Positions 60,893 to 64,000 of a stretch of DNA of 64,000 nucleotides are shown here, piece by piece. The position numbers and the translations under genes are program-made. Positions within the stretch are counted from its first letter, which is position 1, and each line of letters begins with the position of its first letter. Below the pieces are notes generated by a model. The model saw nothing but the letters and a program-made list of their open reading frames with translations. It searched no databases and had not been told where the DNA came from. The stretch spans positions 3,100,001 to 3,164,000 of the forward strand of contig NC_088855.1 in the NCBI RefSeq assembly GCF_963853765.1. Reading direction: 5' to 3'. Origin of the DNA: Magallana gigas. Lineage: Eukaryota.

Positions 60893-61499
60893 CGGGGGAA
60901 AATCCCTTTAAAAAGAGCGTATTTAGATTTAATCGATTGTGTAAACTTCATAGCCCTTTACTCATGGATAGTTGAAATCTACCAAGATGATTAATTATCT
61001 TCTCCGATAACATATGCTGATCAAATTCTGATCAAATAGTCCAGGCGAGGCCAAAAAATTCAGTAAATATTATTTAAGTAGCTGACGGAGAGCTGTCTGG
61101 AAAAAAATCAGAGAGAAATAAGGAAGTTTTTAAAAATGAAATTCTTTACTTCCTTTGCCCTCTTACTTTTTTCTTAGAGCTGAAGTAGGTTGACAGTGTT
61201 TCGACTGATTTTAGTATTTCCACTCCCAAGTTACTTAACTTCTAGTACATCGCAGTTGATGCAGGCCAGTCTCGTAAATCTATTTGCAACTTGTTATTTT
61301 GTAGAAACAGAACTTTTACTTGATAAGATGGCAAAATTTAGTAACATTAACAATGGTAGATTTCAAGGGTTGTCTTGAGAGGTTGGTCACAATTATTGGA
61401 CCTCTTTTGTAAACATTTTAGAATTAATAGAATTGAGAATTCCTCCTCACAATTTCTTTAGGACCGTAATCTCGGAGCGGTCCGACGAAAAGCTCAGCG

Positions 61500-63522
61500 A
61501 TGAGAAGACTTTTTGGAATTTTGATTTGGACGTCATTGTTTGTATCGATGAAAGGCCAGGTGTTGTTTCATGATGTGGGAGAAAGGCATAGGTCTGAAGA
61601 ATTCATCAAAACCGAACTTCAGCAGTTTTATCAAGGTATTGAAATAATGATAACGAACAAACTTGATGGAATGGAAAACATTGAAACAAAGATCAGCAAT
61701 ATGATGGAGACTATCGCAAATAATATTGTAAAAGAGGAAAGAACCTCAATCAGAAATACGAGTGTTAAGCCTACTATGAAAGATGAGAACTTCGGAGATA
61801 TACTTTCCTCTATTCAGACCGAACAACGACTATTGAGACAAGAGATGGCTGCTACAAGAAATTTAACCAAAAAAGCCAACGAGAAAATCAGTGACCTTTT
61901 GGAGAAAACAAGAGACGCAATGGTTTTTAAAGGCATTGAAACAAAAACACAAAAAGGAAACGGTCTGCAAAATGCGCTGCAGGCTGGTACCAATATCGAT
62001 AACGCGAACGAAACAGTTTCTTTTTGTACTAACAAAATGACAGAGGAATTCGGCACGAATCTTCAGATTCTCCAAGATGGAATCGAAAATTTTACAGTAA
62101 TATTCGAAAATAAACTGAACACTCTTGACGAAATAAGAAATACGAGCCTGTATTTGTCTGAACAGTTTTTATCAGGGGACGACATAATTGTGTTAAGATT
62201 TAATAAGTCATATGAAGAAATGAGCAGTCAGTTCCTTGTAACTTTACCGATTCATGATTTGAACTTCACAGCTAAACGTGACGTCATATTAGGTACATGT
62301 TGCTTTTTTATCATTTTAGCTATGAATCATAATCGGTTTTCTTAAGATACTTGGTAGATGTAAATATAGCTTTACAGAAACTGATAAGGCTGGCATGGCT
62401 GAAGTCTACACGATTCAGTTAGGCTAACTTTTTTACCTTCAGCAACCTAAGAAAAATCACGGACTGCACGAAATAATCATGGTGATATTTTTAAAAAGAA
62501 AGATGTAAATACATGTATATACACTGTACGATAAAATCAATTTATTGTAAAATCGAATATTTATAAATACCTCAGGAATCAAACTCCATATGTCCATTCA
62601 ATGGTATGAAAAATCCCAAGATTTCTCTTTTGAAATGCCCCCTCTAGCTTGTCACGTTTCAATACACGGCTAAAAATTATTATGTCTACGGGGGTTTTGT
62701 ATTGCAACAGACCCGGATGATAATGTTGAAAAATTGTGCGAGATATTCCGAGTGACTTCCGAATGGAGAATAGATGTAAACATTTCCCATTATTAATCTC
62801 CTTAAGAAATCTTGTACCGTACGCGGCAGTTGCGCTTCACTTAAGGAACCCGTGGTATAATCTTAGGATTTGGCATGCTTTCCCATAAAAAGAATTTTGT
62901 TCCCAAGAATTTGTGTTTTGTTTTTAACAAATCAACATAAAAATGATTTTTTGCAAATTTTATAAAAATACAACCTGCATGACTTCCACAATGTTTATAA
63001 CTTTTAACGATATCTTCATATTTAACTGTCATGTGATCAACAAAAGATCAACGTCCTTTCTCCCCGTAAGGAGTACTATAATTACCATGTGTTATGTTCT
63101 ACTTTTGTACATGTATATTTAATCAGTATACAAAAGTATAAATCAACCTACAAGTTGTACCTTTGACTATACACAACTATACTCCATTTAATTTGTGTGT
63201 GTTTTTTATTACATGTATTAATTTTTTTTTCTTCAAATAATTTCCTTTGCTCATTTTAGATATACATGTAGACACCGACCTATTAATGTCACATTATCAT
63301 TGTTATATATATCGTTGATTTGGTCTTCACTTGGTCTACATATAATGCTAACAGCTGACTTTTTAATTGCAGGTAACGATTGTGCTGACATTTTGAAGAA
63401 ATATCCAAATACCAGAGGGAAGAACGGCGTGTACAACATTATGGGTTATTCAAATTCTTCAATTACTGGCAAAGCTAAGGCCGTGTACTGTGATATGACC
63501 ACTGACAACGGAGGATGGACGG

Positions 63523-63605
<83 letters not shown>

Positions 63606-63773
63606 GATTTTTCAAATGTAACTCTTTGAACTTTGAAAAACACTTTACGTTTATTGACTAAATATATAACTAACAGGTGATTCAGCGGAGAGTGAATGGA
63701 ACGGTCGCCTTTTACCGCGACTGGAAAGCTTACAAAAATGGGTTTGGGATTGCTGATCACGAGTATTGGATAG
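61500..63773 (+). CDS. Fibrinogen-related domain protein (signal peptide - coiled coil - FBG), incomplete at the window end; exons 61500-62292, 63373-63521, 63677-63773
   Basis: Hydrophobic leader; DCADI, GVYNI, VYCDMTTDNGGWT|VIQRR, F.RDWKAYKNGFG and EYWIG are fibrinogen C-domain motifs; exon phases are compatible. Confidence 0.92.
63527..63602. repeat. (CT)n microsatellite immediately after a splice donor
   Basis: GTAAAT followed by a long CT run. Confidence 0.98.
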
Positions 63774-64000
63774 GTACTATTTTCATATAAAGTTGCAGTT
63801 TTCGCGAACAATATATATTTATTGGATTTAACTACACCCCGACCGAAATTATCAACTTGTAATACTCAAAGAATGATTCCTTATTCCTTAAATAATTTAA
63901 TTCTGGTTATACGCGGCAATTGATTGGAAAGAAAATTTTAGTTAAATTTGTATAACCTACATGTACTTTGCACGTCAAAAGACTCGTCACAAAGCCTAAA

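Noticed and set aside
63446-63811. ORF with an ERERER run
   Set aside because: It is the antisense reading of the (CT)n microsatellite.

Overview
AT-rich eukaryotic genomic DNA with spliced genes. The repeat and gene content suggest a bivalve mollusc, probably an oyster (inference). Exon chains were assembled by hand from GT-AG sites and reading-frame continuity. Genes: a tetraspanin (+, 6 firm exons, 3431-11358); a two-exon, 150-aa secreted prohormone-like precursor (-, 20823-23728); an intronless B-box/coiled-coil gene (+, 27941-28546); a 27-exon, ~1423-aa uncharacterised protein with a TBC-like N-terminus and C2-like C-terminal domains (-, 30274-47495); SPRING1/C12orf49 (-) head-to-head with an RNFT-family RING gene (+); and the 5' part of a fibrinogen-related protein (+, from 61500). 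The main mobile element is a full-length ~5.0-kb tyrosine-recombinase retrotransposon (DIRS order, PAT-like). It has split direct repeats A1..B1-A2..B2 and encodes gag, RT/RNaseH/MT and YR. It sits in a 65-bp minisatellite via a shared ATAT core with no target-site duplication. The window also holds many MITE/foldback/Helentron-like elements and a decayed CR1/L2-type LINE. The most unusual recurring pattern is that at least eight tandem repeats start at exon-intron boundaries and copy the splice site or exon edge. One is a ~30-copy 48-bp array in which every unit reads GTACAG...CAG. I cannot establish novelty without database searches.
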